From: Ptychomitrium polyphyllum
Taxonomy: Eukaryota
Direction of reading: 5' to 3'
DNA length: 64,000 nt
Assembly: GCA_973851085.1 (NCBI GenBank)
Contig: OZ316776.1
Location: 11,160,001 to 11,224,000, forward strand
Position 1 is the first letter of the stretch, and each line of letters opens with the position of its first letter. Below are positions 1-12,600 of this stretch, piece after piece. Position numbers and translations under genes: made by a program. The notes beneath the pieces are model-generated. The model was not told where the DNA came from. It worked only from the letters and a program-made list of their open reading frames with translations, and made no database searches.

Positions 1-2881
1 TCGTTGGATGGGTGGAGGTTTGTTTGTGCCGTAGCTTTCCATTTTGTCTTGTCTCTTTCATGCCTCAGCTTCACTTGTTGATATTGTCGGATCGGATTAG
101 TTAACCATGTGTTTATACTTTCTGATTATTTGGGTTCTGAAGCTTGGATAAATCTTGGCCTGGTGGATTTACTCAAGCTTTGGTGTCCGCGCCATTGTAC
201 CCATCCGGGCGCACCAACATTGTCGTTTTTGATTATCATGGATCTCGGTGCGTGTGCTTTCGTTAGGAACTTAGTATTGATCTGGTTATGCCCCCGGCGG
301 TTATTGCGTCTCCTCCTAAATACCTACCTAGACATGTAGTACTCCGTGCTTTCCAAAAAGATGTCCGTTATCAGAAGTCTGTCTCTGCAATGCCGTGTTT
401 ACTGCGCCAGTTACACAACGGGTTCCTACTTGGCAGCGCGCAATAGATAAACCCAGTAGTCCTGAAGCACTCAAGTTGGAGGGTAGCTACCCAAAGATCT
501 GATAGAGTTTGCATATTTTTTTCATTAAGTATATTTTTGTGCACCAACAGTAATTAGCAAGAGTAGACGTCCTATTCAAGCTTTCTTCATTGCCCCATCA
601 GGCACTACTTCCATCTAGGTGGTGCATAAACTGTGATGTTTCTGTGAGTTGAAAGAGAATGTGGCGATGATGACATAAACTTTAAAAGGTGATCATGGCC
701 TTGAGCTTGCTGCTTCAAGAATCCATATGATCCCGTTCAAGCACTTTTGATGCCACATTAAGCACTTCCATACTTGAAGATGGTTTTTCCTGAACCAAGC
801 GTAAGTTCCTTGAAACAACCAGAAATCAACCAATACAGGCAAGCTACGATATTCCTTTGTGGATTGCACTTAATTAACGACTGCTAAAAAATGTAGCCCA
901 ATTAAATGTCGATGAACAAATCACAGAAACTTTGGCCTGTTTGAATTGCATTGAACCACATGCATGACTCGTTAATACATACGTACTATACGGTGCATTC
1001 ACTAGCATACAGAATTCTGTAGCCTACTCATGCGACGAGGATGTAGCATACCTGATCCAGTCTAAGATTTGGTCACAAACGTCCACTCGTTTTCTTTAAC
1101 GTACAATAGTGAGTAACTTTGCACAGATCCAACATCCATAGAAATCCATGTGAACTCTTTTCTAAATCTCAAAGCTGAATGTAACAGTACACAAACTTGA
1201 ACACACAAATGCAAAATTGCACTTAACTTTAATAGCAAGAAATATGTTACAAAGCTAAATGTGGAATTATGTTAAGGTGAATGAAATACAAAGCTAATGT
1301 TGCAAGTACTTAGATTTGTTCAAACTAATTGCACAATCTTCAATGTTTGAACCAATGACGTTTAGTGATATTGACTAATGGACCATGAAAACTGTTTAAA
1401 GTTAGACTTGTATACATGCCTATCTATTGTACCTTAAACTTTGTACCAAGTTCTTAGTTTAAACCAAAATTAAGTGTTCCAAAGCACTCTTCATTTCTAA
1501 TTCAACACCATAATCTACCATTTGATATAAACTAGTTTATCTTTCTTTCATCACTAAAGATAATATATTGCCAATCATCAACAATCCAATTTTATTACCT
1601 TTGAGCATACTTCAACCATCTAAAACCATGTTTATGACTCAAAAATAACTTCTATATTGGACTTGCTCATCCAAACTTATATGTATTAACAAGTGCAAAT
1701 GATATTGCAAACAAATTTATATATGTTCCTTTTCAAAATCATAACCGATTTGCCAATTTCAAGTGAATTTCCAACAATGAAAATTATACTATGTTCCAAC
1801 TTTCTAAAAGTCTTAAATTTCCTTCCATATGTTTTTCAATTTTTTCACTAATATATTGTCTAAAAAACACCACTAAAGACTAATTCTTGATAAGCAAATT
1901 GATAACCTTCTATGAAGAAACACCACTTCCAAATTGTACCAAAGCTTGGTGCTTCTATTTGTAAGACAAGCCACAATTAATTCAACAAATTTTAGCACAC
2001 ATTCTATAAAATAGAACTCCACAATGCAACAAAATTTAAATAGAACAATAGCACATAAGCAAGAGCATAAATTACTATGTAATATATCTATTTTTATCAC
2101 TTAATTTCCATGTCAATTTTTGGATTTGTGTGTCATATTCAATTCTGTTCATAAATATAGAAGTTAAGATGTCGGATAGAAGTTAAGATATCAGATAGTT
2201 TTATACATATGAATGTTTTAATAAGATCCTTGGCTTTTGTTCATATACGATTCATGAAATTTTTTCAAAATTTGTAATGTAACACAAGTTGATGATGATT
2301 TTGCATATATACAAGTCACACATTTACAATTAAACAAGCAAATGAAAAGTTAAGAAAATTTGTTTGTAGCATGAAGATATAGCCACTAAATCTATATAGG
2401 TACATGTGCTTTTAAAACTTCCTTCAATTTGAAAAATCGTAGAAAATAGAAAATATGGTTTTTAGTGTAAATTGCTACAAAACATACCATTAGATTGTTT
2501 AGCTTTTTTGCAACATTTATTGTGAATACATCCAGTTTTGCCATCTTCCTTCAGTAAAAAATTAAAAAAGATGCTATAGAAACCGAGGTAAAAAATACGT
2601 TTTCGAAGCCCTTCGTCCTCAGAGGGGCTAAGAAATAATGCTAGTCAAAAATGTATTGCAACAGGAGGACGTTGTGACCAAATCTTAGCACGTACCCCTT
2701 ACGATGGGTCGATCAGGACAGAACTGGCTGCTCCAAAGAGATACGTCATCTCCCATCAGGACCTTACTCAGTCCGTTCATCTCCTCCACTGTTCTCTTCA
2801 TGACAGTAAGCCGCAGCTTGGAAAATATGTCGTCAACACAGTAAACTTGATTACTAAACAACTCAATCTTTTAAAAGGTAT

Positions 2882-5602
2882 TCAGATTTTCTTTGGACAG
2901 TTGTAGGACAGATGTCCTTCCTCACCACATGTAAAGCAACCTTTCTTCTTAGCTCCGGCTTGACCAGATTTTAAGTCTACAGGTTTGGTTTTCTGAGGTA
3001 CTGAGTAGGCTATTTTTAGGGGTCTATCACAAACTGGCATCTGATCAAGTTTCATTGCCGCTTCTAAAGAGTCATCGTCGGCAAAATCCACATGCCCAAA
3101 TCCTCTAAATTCTCCCGTCTCCTTATTCGTTGCAAACCTGATTGCGTCTATTTTACACCCTTTAAAGAATTTCCGTAGTTCTTTCTCTGTTACATCCCAA
3201 GATAAATTTCCTATATACGCAGACAAGCAACCTTCATACTTCTTGGGAGGTTCCTTGTACACATCTTTCTTTGCAGACTCTCTAGGTTTGATCTTGCAAA
3301 TCTCAATCTTTAAGAACCGTCCACCCCTGCAAAGTTTCAAATCAATTCCGTGAGAAATCTAAATCCGCAAGATGCCACATTCTCAAGTACCACGCTTGCA
3401 GTGAGGATCACAACGATTTCCTAATCCATCATACATTGCATGTGATGACATAGCACACAGTCGCAAACCAAGGTCTTGGAATTAACTTACATATCAGCAC
3501 CATCTAACGCCAGCGCCCGCTTTGCAGCCTCCTCTGTCTGCAAGATCAAGAAATTAGATCAGTGGTCCAGTCAGGCTGCAGTACACTCAGTTGACGAAAC
3601 AAAAGAACAAAAGCTTGTTCGGGTAAAGGCCTATGTCACAGGTGTGCATCAGAGTCATGGAAGTGGGAACATTCAGGCTCCGTCATGTAGATGGACACCT
3701 ATTCTCTGTATAATAATAAGTCATCATCGCACACCAATTGCAGAGTCTTTCACATACTCCCAGCAAAGGATATCTATGAATAAACACCTAAAACCTTCAT
3801 GTATCAATTTAAAGAAAACTACTTCACGTCAAATAGCACTAACAAGGTGAAAAGACAAGCATCAGAGTCATGGAAGTGTGGAACACCCAGATATATCAAA
3901 ACAATGATAAACTCTGTTCTCTGGTAATATGATAAGTCATCCTTTGCATGCCTTTCAAACATTGAAGAAAAGATTTCAGGAAAAGAAAACGAGGCCAGAG
4001 CATCTAGTTCAATGACAAGTAATGGTCAGAAAAGGCTCAAAAAAATAAATCAGCTAGACGGATGCATCAGCAATTATCGTATCGACAGCATATGAGTGCA
4101 TGAAGCAGTCATCTGTTCTTCCTATAATATACCATCCTGTGCATATTCAGCAGCTAAAGCAGAGGGAAACGAAAGGAGAAAATATAGGGAAACAAGCATT
4201 GCATGCATCAGCATTTTCGTATTCACAGCATGTGACTGCATATAGCAGACATCTGTTCTTCCTATAATAAGAACATCACTTGCATGCTTCACTAGGACTA
4301 ACTTAGTGCTAAATAGTGACACAATTAGCAACCTTAAATGCGGGAACAAAGACATTACGTAAACCCTAAGTGGTCCCAACTTCGAGTCAAGCATGACCCT
4401 AATTGAAAATGAATGTTAGAAATGCTTACCCTGAAGGTGATAAACACAATGCCCTTGAACTTGCCAGTGTCCGGAAAGGTCATGCAATCCAGCTCAGCAA
4501 TAGTGCCACACTCTTGGAAAAACTCGTGAATATCGTCTTCGGTTATGTAATACGGCATTCCCCCCACCATGACTTTCTTGGGGTCCACCTCCTCCGTACT
4601 GAAATAAAACATGACAAGCCACCATCAGAACAAGTGTGTAATGATGCAGATGAAAACACCTAGAAGAGAAAGGTTCCCTAACTGCGGCGTCAGTCGCGAA
4701 AAAGATCATTCAGCATTTAAGGCTGAGGCAGAACATGGGACTGGAGTTGGTAAAAATCAGGCAATTTCATACCTAGAACCATTTTGACATGCTTCCTGGT
4801 TCGTAGCTTGCTCATCAGCGACGGCTACTGCCTCGTCGACCTTCTTACCCCACCTGTTTAAGAGCTTCTTTTTCTTCTTAGTCCTCTTACTTTGCAACCA
4901 CGGCTCGTCCCCTTGATGAATTCGATCACCATCAGGAGCGGCAACAGCTGCTTCTCCGTTTCCCTCCGCTGAGCGGTTGGTGTTGACTCTTTTTTCAGTT
5001 CCCTTGTCGGAGGCAGTGAAAGCCTTAGAATCCTCGGAAGATTCTTTATCTTCACCTGCAACCTTCTTCGGCTTTATCCTCTTCCCGTTATCATCTACTT
5101 CCCATCGTGGTTTCTTCCTTATCTTGGTCGTCGAATCCTCCTCTCCTTGATGTTGCCCAAGATTAGCCTCTGAAGCTGCACCACCTCCACCGTTCACTTC
5201 AGAAACTCCAGCAGACGACGGCAATTTCTCTCTAGCAGTCTCAGTTTCCATTGGAGTCTCCTTAGTCGCTTCAACGTCCGGCACACTCTTCCGTTTTTTC
5301 TTAGTTTGTTTCTCTCCCTCCTCTCGTAAAGCACCGCCCTCAACAGCAACCTCCAACATCACATTAGCGATACCTTTATCCCCGTCAGCAGAAGCATCGA
5401 CAATCAAACCATTTCCCTCATCTTCATTTGACTTCTTCGATTTCGGTCGATTCTTCTTCTTCGCGGAGGCAACAACCGGATTGTCACCCAATATAACATC
5501 CGCTGAAGGAGTCGCGTTGCTATCAGGCGGCGGAGCCAACACATATACAGCTGCAGCTTCCTCCCGCTTCTTCCTTTTCAGCTTCGTATTAGAAAGCACC
5601 AT
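2882..5602 (-). CDS. PHIP1: RNA-binding protein with Lys/Glu-rich N-terminus, two RRMs and a C-terminal CCHC zinc knuckle (phragmoplastin-interacting protein 1 / nucleolin-like)
   Basis: Exons 5602-4773, 4598-4430, 3537-3491 and 3326-2882 join in frame with GT-AG ends. RRM1 reads KVMVGGMPYYITEDDI...FKGIVFITFRTEEAAKRALALDGADMGGRFLKI. RRM2 reads AYIGNLSWDVTE...FRGFGHVDF. The knuckle is CFTCGEEGHLSYNC. The N-terminus MVLSNTKLKRKKRE is PHIP1-like. A likely 5'UTR intron lies at ~5915-5622. Confidence 0.85.
3641..3735 (-). ncRNA. Intronic box C/D snoRNA, copy A1; guide to 25S GGUCAUGGAAGU (snoR22-like)
   Basis: Minus strand reads GGTGTGC-G-ATGATGA (box C)...CAGA (D')...CACTTCCATGACT-CTGA (box D)-T-GCACACC. 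The 7-bp terminal stem is perfect. The 11-nt guide ACTTCCATGAC is complementary to the conserved LSU rRNA segment GTCATGGAAGT. Confidence 0.85.
3856..3950 (-). ncRNA. Intronic box C/D snoRNA, copy A2 (paralogue of A1)
   Basis: Minus strand reads AGGATGA (variant C box)...CAGA...CACTTCCATGACT-CTGA-TGCTTG. Guide and D box are identical to copy A1, the middle has diverged and the terminal stem is imperfect. Confidence 0.75.
4062..4144 (-). ncRNA. Intronic box C/D snoRNA, copy B1; D' guide to 25S UCUUCCUAU (snoR64-like)
   Basis: Minus strand reads ATGCA-C-AGGATGG (degenerate C)-TATTAT-ATAGGAAGA-A-CAGA (D')...CTGA (D)-TGCAT, closed by an ATGCA/TGCAT terminal stem. Confidence 0.65.
4201..4287 (-). 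ncRNA. Intronic box C/D snoRNA, copy B2 (paralogue of B1)
   Basis: Minus strand reads GCATGCA-A-GTGATGT (C-like)-TCTTATT-ATAGGAAGA-A-CAGA (D')...CTGA (D)-TGCATGC, with a 7-bp terminal stem. The guide pairs with the conserved LSU segment GGCTCTTCCTATCATT. Confidence 0.75.
4361..4369. promoter_or_regulatory. Telo-box (AAACCCTAA) in intron 2, just 5' of the snoRNA cluster
   Basis: Exact AAACCCTAA motif about 75 nt upstream of snoRNA B2 on the minus strand. A second telo-box lies at ~5717-5725 in the 5'UTR intron. Confidence 0.45.
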
Positions 5603-6204
5603 TGCAACCAGAAACGCTCACCTGAGAGACAGAGAACACACATAAAAAAGATATCCAAGTCGCAATAGAACAAAGCCATACCACATTCGAAGAAACGAAC
5701 CTCAGCAGTACTCTTAAACCCTAAACTCTAACTAAACCCCACCGCCCTCACAAACCACCAACTCAAGACCTCACTACACAGACACTGCCACAAACCGAGT
5801 ACGATCCACCGTCGACTAGATAAATATAACGATTCATAACAAGAAAACCCTGGAAACAAAGTAGTCATTCTAAACAACTACAGAAAAACAACACACAAAG
5901 GTTGGTAACACATACCCAATGACTCGCTAGTAAATCTACTGGTATCGGACACTACCCCAGAGGTGGAACTCCCACTGACAAGTCACGGCAGATCGAAAAT
6001 TTCCCACAGAAGGGCAACACAAGACTGTCCCTCGGTCATACTGATAACATTTCCTGCCTCGGCTAAACCTGTGGATCCTCGGCCCCAGTGTCGCAGACGC
6101 AGAGTGCGGCGCTGCGGAATACATGGGTGTCGAAGCAAGAGCTCCTTATTTACGTTCTCAGGTCGAGAGCCGCCCCCTTCTTGAGCGAGGAAGAGAACTG
6201 CCGA

Positions 6205-6313
6205 GCCTCACCCAAACCTAGCCCTAGTCTCCCAGAGGTTAGGGTCCGAGGTTAGGGATTCGAGGCCGAGGTTTGGGGTCCTAGGTTTGGATCCAAGGCA
6301 GAGGTTTGGGTTT
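6205..6313. promoter_or_regulatory. Degenerate telomere-like/telo-box repeats in the RRM gene promoter
   Basis: CCCAAACCTAGCCCTAG followed by GGTTAGGG x2 and GGTTTGG(G) x3. Confidence 0.4.
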
Positions 6314-6659
6314 CACGTCAGTGATGAGAAGAGGGTGATTTTCACCGTGCGCTTGTGGGGCTTTTGCTGGAATCCCGTCAAAGTTGTACACAGCCTGCCA
6401 GGATCTAGTCCTCATGATTTTCCTCCTCGAAGCAGAACCCAAAAGATTGTAAAGTACTTTAGAGTTTCTCTCGAGTCAAAACGGCAGGCAGATAGCTGAA
6501 AGGTCTTCAAACCTTGATCTGTGTCACGAGTGTGATACAAGACCAGTCCTTAGTTCGAGAATTGTGATTGTGCTGACGATGTGGAGTGAGTCCATACATC
6601 CAAATAGAACTACTTCTAAAGACAAAACCTGAAGATTCATGAACCCTCTTGAGTTGTTT

Positions 6660-9000
6660 TGAGTCACAAACTGCATAGGTATTATTTTATAACATTTTTA
6701 GAATAAAATTTTGTGACAACTTTTTAAAAACATGCCTATCTTCAAAAACAATAATACTACATACATTTTATGCAAAGAAAAATAAAATGATCACTAATGC
6801 TAAAATTGAAAGCCTAAGTGAAATTTGCACCTTAGAGGAAATAAAGTCATCAAAAAGGTTTTATTGTGTCACCATAGGCTTGGACATTTGAATTTTGAAG
6901 CTTAATCCTAATTATTCAAAGATAAACATAATTGCAGCATTGTCATGTTCTTCAAGAATAAATTGCTCATATGATGTATATCAGCTTGGAAAATAATGCA
7001 AGAAAAAATTCCTTATTTTGTAATTACCACATCTAGATGTCACAAATTGATATACAATAATGTATATGATCATTTAGGATTCTATAGCATAACAGAGCCA
7101 AATATTATGGAACATTCATTAATGACTTCAATTATAAGCTATGAATATCACTTATGAAAATCAATAATGTTGTGTTGTTAAATTTTGGAAATTCGACTAC
7201 TAAAGTGGAAAATTAAATTAATTTGAAGATTCATATATTGCAAACTAACAATGGTAGAGAATAATTCCCTAATGCATTTGAATAGTATTGCAAAGAATAA
7301 AATATTCATTTCAATATAAGATAGCCCTTCATTCTATAAAACAATAACATTGCAAAACAAAAAAATCAGTCCATCACTGTAGTATTTAAATGTCACATTC
7401 ATCAATGCTTATTTTGATTAATTTTTGGTTGAAGACTATCAAACCTACTTATTATATAATAAACAAACATTCCACAAAATCCATAATTTAAAAAACACTA
7501 GATGATGGATTTTTTTTTAAATGACCAAATATCTCATATCTCAAAATATTTGGAATAAAAGTCTATATACAAGTATTAAAACACAAGAGAAACAAACTAT
7601 AAGTAAAGGTATTTCAATACATAATTTTAAGTTGGAATAAAAATACAAAAGAATGTTAATATCATTATTCCTTTTAAAAGATATTATTATATCTTAAGAT
7701 GTTATTATTATTGAATTACAGATATCTAATATGGATGAAGTTATTTATGGCACTATATATGGAATAGCAACTTCTTTCAATTAAGAATGGAGAATTTATT
7801 GCCCTATAGTAATTCCTTCTATAATTGTATTTAATTATCTATTTTTGTCACCTAAATACCTTCTTCTTGTATCTTCTTATATAAATTATGCTTCACTATT
7901 AATCTTCATAATATTAAATCATGCTTATGTACCTAGGCCTAGATTCCATGTGCTTTTTAAACCAAGTTTTAGTGATTTATCTATACCAATAATTTATATC
8001 TCTTAATAAAAATCAGCTTTCTTTCAATTTTGTCAATCTGCTACGTTTAAAAAATGAATCATCATTTTAAAAGGATTTAGAGTAAAAATTTAGAAAGATT
8101 AAACATTCAAAACTTTTCAACATGAATTTTGATGAAAATCAACAATATATGCAAAGATTACCAATATATATTAAATGCAAATATAAAATTTAATTTGTTA
8201 TTTATAGGCAAAAAAGAACCATAATATCGATAGAGATATTTAAATTCAAGGATGGAATCAATGGCTTGAAAAAATCTTACAACGCTACATTGGAAATTAG
8301 CAAAAAAGTAAACCACCAATTACTAGTAGTCTTCTAATGTATAAGGTGGAAATACAAATGATTGCCATATAGCAAGTGCTTTATAGGAATGTAAAAGTCA
8401 TATTCAAAACCAAGACTAGCAAGTATTTTGAAGATATTTTAAATACAACCTTAAAAAAAGATACGTTATTAAAGTAGAATCCAAATTACGTGGTTGAAAT
8501 ATAACAATGACTTATGAAGTTGTCATAATATGGCTTACAAAATTTTATCAACTATAAATAAGTATGGAATAAGTTGAATAAAGTGTGCAACTCAACTTTA
8601 ATTGTAGCAAGCTTTGGTCTTATTTAAATGTGCTTTGAAGGTCACAATGTAATGCATGTGTTTAAAAGCTCAAATTATATTATTGGGAATAAATGGAACT
8701 TCATAGAATATATGCCTTAATTTGTAATGTAAATGGAATTTATTAGGTACAAATATTTGATCATGAATGTTTGTGAATGTCTCTCTATTGAAGAGTTTTT
8801 ATCCAATGTTTGCAAACAGTAATACAAATGCCAATAGTACTAGAGGAAAGAATGAAAACTCAATTGATAATTCCTTAGATTCCATCTTCTTCATGGTGCC
8901 AAAAGTCCAATAATATTTAGCTCTTGGTAACTAACAAAATGACAAATGGCATTAAACAACATTATTACAATTATACTTCATAAAAGTGTATTTTACTATA
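6660..9000. other. AT-rich, CpG-depleted spacer (probably old decayed transposon DNA)
   Basis: Very low GC, few CG dinucleotides and no long ORFs. Similar blocks lie at ~1200-2600, 16050-18900, 21000-24600, 37450-38900, 45100-46650 and 58400-62600. Confidence 0.4.
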
Positions 9001-9686
9001 ACCAGTATAGCAACATTCACATACAATGGTGAATTACCCACAGCCGTAAGTCCTCTGATACCGCAGGGTAACCACGTGAACAACGCCACACAAACAGGTT
9101 GCCGTTCATGGCAAATCACACTAAGTCCTACAACGACCTAGGGAACCACGTAAGCAGCATGACACACACAGACGGGTTAATGAGCTGAATACAGCCTCCA
9201 ATTCTGATTCAACGTTAACTCTTTTTGACGATATCAAACAAGTAAAGACGTAAAGGCAAACCAGTTTCGACTGAGCCTTCAAGGACAGACACAGCACCAA
9301 GCTCTAACAACCAAATATCGTACAGCAATTTCCAGCGACCTAGAAGATATGGGTGGGTTTTAAAAAGTCGCAGATCTCTCCATTAATAAATAAAAACTGA
9401 CATGCAAAATATGAAGGAGTACTACACTGGAACCAGCTACGCTTGTTGCTCATCGAACTACTCAACCGTCATCTTATCCTCCTTGCAAGATGCGCAGAAA
9501 TATCATCTTGTTCCTCTCTCTTCGCTATTCCATGCACCAACTCCATAACAGATACAGTACATCTGCATAAATGTGTATCACTGCATGTCTGGATATCCTG
9601 CAACGAAAGGGTGAGCCCCGTCCTCGCCTTCCCCAGACTCAGAAGCTATCAATGCAACCATAAGGTTGTATATGGTCGGGAAACCA

Positions 9687-12600
9687 TCAGTGGGCTTTGC
9701 TTTGCAGCTTGACAAGCTCAAAGTAAGCGCCCTTCTTCGCCATGAGCTCGTTGTGCCTGCCCTGCTCGTAAATGGAGCCCTCCTGAATAACGGCGATGGT
9801 GTTCGCATTTTGGATGGTGGACAGCCGGTGCGCTACCACGATGGTGGTCCTTCCCACCATGATGCGGTCCAGCGCGTCTTGCACGATCTTCTCAGACTGC
9901 GAATCAAGTGCGCTCGTCGCCTCATCCAAAAGCAGAACGGCGGGGTTCTTGATAATAGCTCTGGCAATGGCGATGCGCTGCTTCTGCCCTCCCGAAAGCT
10001 GAAGGCCTCTTTCGCCCGTGTTGGTGTCATAGCCGTTCGACAACCCACAAATGAAGGTGTGCGCATTCGCAGCCTTCGCTGCCTCAATGATCTCGGCTTC
10101 CGACGCGTTATCTTTCCCGTAGAGAATGTTCTCCCGGATGGTGCCGGAGAATAGCGTGGGCTCCTGCCCGACGAGACCGATGTGGCGACGGAGCGTCTTG
10201 AGAGGCAGGGTTTTGATGTCCCGCCCATCGATGTAGATGGCGCCCTTGAGCGGGTCGTAGAACCGCTCGATGAGACTGATGATAGTTGACTTCCCGGACC
10301 CGCTCTGGCCCACGAGCGCGATGCTGTGGCCTGCCTGCACTTTCAGGGAGAAGCCCTTGAAGACCACCACATCTGGGCGCATGGGGTACGCGAAGTGGAC
10401 GTCCTTGAGCTCCACCAACCCGTCCACTTTCTCCAGGCTGCCTTCTTCGGCCTTGATGCGGGACTTTCGATCGAGGATGCCGAAGATGGCAGCGGCCGAC
10501 TTGGAGCCTTTGGAGAGGTCCGAAGTGGCGCTCCCGGCATCGGCAATCATGCGACCTGTGCTCACGAGGACGAAGAAGACCTTAAACATCCCAGCGAAGG
10601 TGATCTTCTGCTCGTTTATCAGCTTCGCACCATACCAGAAGTAGAAGGCCCAGGTGCCCAACATGCAGAACTGCGCCATGCCGAGGCCCATGCCGGCAAT
10701 CAGCGCCCGGGTGCGAGCGCCCTGCTTGAGGGAATCCTGCGTTGCGATGAAGCGTTGCATCATCTTGTTCTGAGAATGAAATGCCGTGATGGTTCGGTGG
10801 TTGGACACCGCCTCACTCGCCACCAGCGTGGACCGCGTTTGCGACTTCAAGTTCCCTTCACTCATCCGCTTCAGCAGCACCTTCTTGCCGTAAAAGCACA
10901 AAATGGTGATGGGTTGGGTCGCGATCATCACAATGGCGAGCGGCCACGCAACTACCAAGCCAATGATGCAGGCGAGGAAGAGAGCCGCACCGGTTTGGAT
11001 CAAGAGCGACATTCGGTCTCCGACCAGAGATCGCACCACGGCGGCGTCTGTGCTGAGCTGCGAGCACACGGCGCTGCTGGAATGCTCCTCCTCATCGAAC
11101 CACGCCACCTCGTATGTCATCACCCGCGTCAAAATGAGCTCCCTCACCCGCTTCGTCAGCCTCTCCCCCATGCTCGCAAAGTTGTAGTCACGGGTGACAT
11201 TCGTGAACAGGCACCCGATCGCTAAAGCTGTGAATATCAGTGAGAAATTGCGAATCTCTCTCCTCATCTTGTCGTGATTCTGCTCAAAGAACGTCGAGAC
11301 CATGCTCCCCATCGTAAACGCATACAGTGGCTGCACAAACCCAAACCCGGCCGCCCCCAAGGAGCCCAGGATCGCCTGCTTCCACTCCGGCCTATTGAGC
11401 TTCAGCAGTCGCCCGATGGAGGGCGGTTTCACCTTCTCTCCCGTCTCATCCGATTTTGTTGCATCCGTCGCACTGTGCACATTCAAGGACCTGCGCACAC
11501 TCGCGTCTCGCCTGAAACTCGTGGAGTTTCTCTTGCTGGATGAGCTTCTGCAACCATACACCATAACTCACCCGTCAGATTTAGAAAGAAAGATATTACA
11601 AACACCAACAAGACGACATGACATCATTCCGACCTGCTTCTGAAATTTGAAGCTAGAAGATGGAAGATTTGTACAAATTCGAGGTTCAAGACTTCGGAAA
11701 CATGCAACAAGACGACACGAGTTTGAAAATGATGGCATTCAATACCTGAGCTGAAATGTCGAAGGACCGCTCGGTGGATCTTCAGCTGTATCGGCCGCAC
11801 CCTGTAGATTGTCATCCTCGGGACGGGAGTTCTGAATGTTGACAAGTGCAGAGTACGCGCCATTCTCATTTCGGAGCAGCTCCTCGTGAGAGCCTATCTC
11901 TTGAACGCGTCCACCGTGAACCACAGCGATTAGGTCTGCGGTGCGGATGGTGGACAACCGGTGAGCGACCACGACGGTAGTTCGTCCAACAGCCGCCTGG
12001 TCCAGTGCAACCTGCACCACACGCTCAGACTCGGAATCCAAAGCGCTTGTGGCTTCGTCGAGGAGCAGAATCGGCGGGTTCTTGAGCAGGGCCCGCGCAA
12101 TTGCGATTCTCTGCTTCTGCCCTCCCGACATTTGCACTCCCTTCTCTCCCACCATCGTGTCGTAACCTTGCGGCAACCCTGAGATGAATGTGTGTGCATT
12201 GGCAGCCTTGGCAGCGGCAGTGATTTCGTCCATGGAGGCCCCATCCTTGCCGTAGAGGATGTTTTCTTTGATTGTGGTGGCGAACAAGCTGGGCTCCTGG
12301 CTCACCAGGCCAATATGCATTCGCAACCACCGCAGCTGGAGGTCCTTGATGTTGATGCCATCGACCAGCACAGCTCCTTCTAATGGGTCGTAGTAACGTT
12401 CCAGCAATGCGATCACCGTCGATTTTCCGGAGCCACTGGATCCCACCAGCGCCACAGTCTTGCCTGTAGAAGATCAATCCACAAAAAAATGATCAACATG
12501 TGCTCTCTCAGAAAACCGGCCACAACCACATTGACTGAAACTATAAACAATTTTCTGACCTGTAGGGATGACCAAGCTGAAATCCTCGAAGATGATCTGC

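Noticed and set aside
664..706. ATGATGA C-box-like motif
   Set aside because: No properly spaced CTGA, terminal stem or recognisable guide.
4620..4722. Possible fifth snoRNA in RRM intron 1 (TTACACACTTGTT-CTGA, partly complementary to 25S GAGTGTGTAA)
   Set aside because: No convincing C box or terminal stem, and a mismatch next to the D box.
11633..11641. Possible 6-nt micro-exon (CAG|AAGCAG|GT) in the last ABCB intron
   Set aside because: Direct splicing 11746->11547 is already in frame, and there is no supporting evidence.
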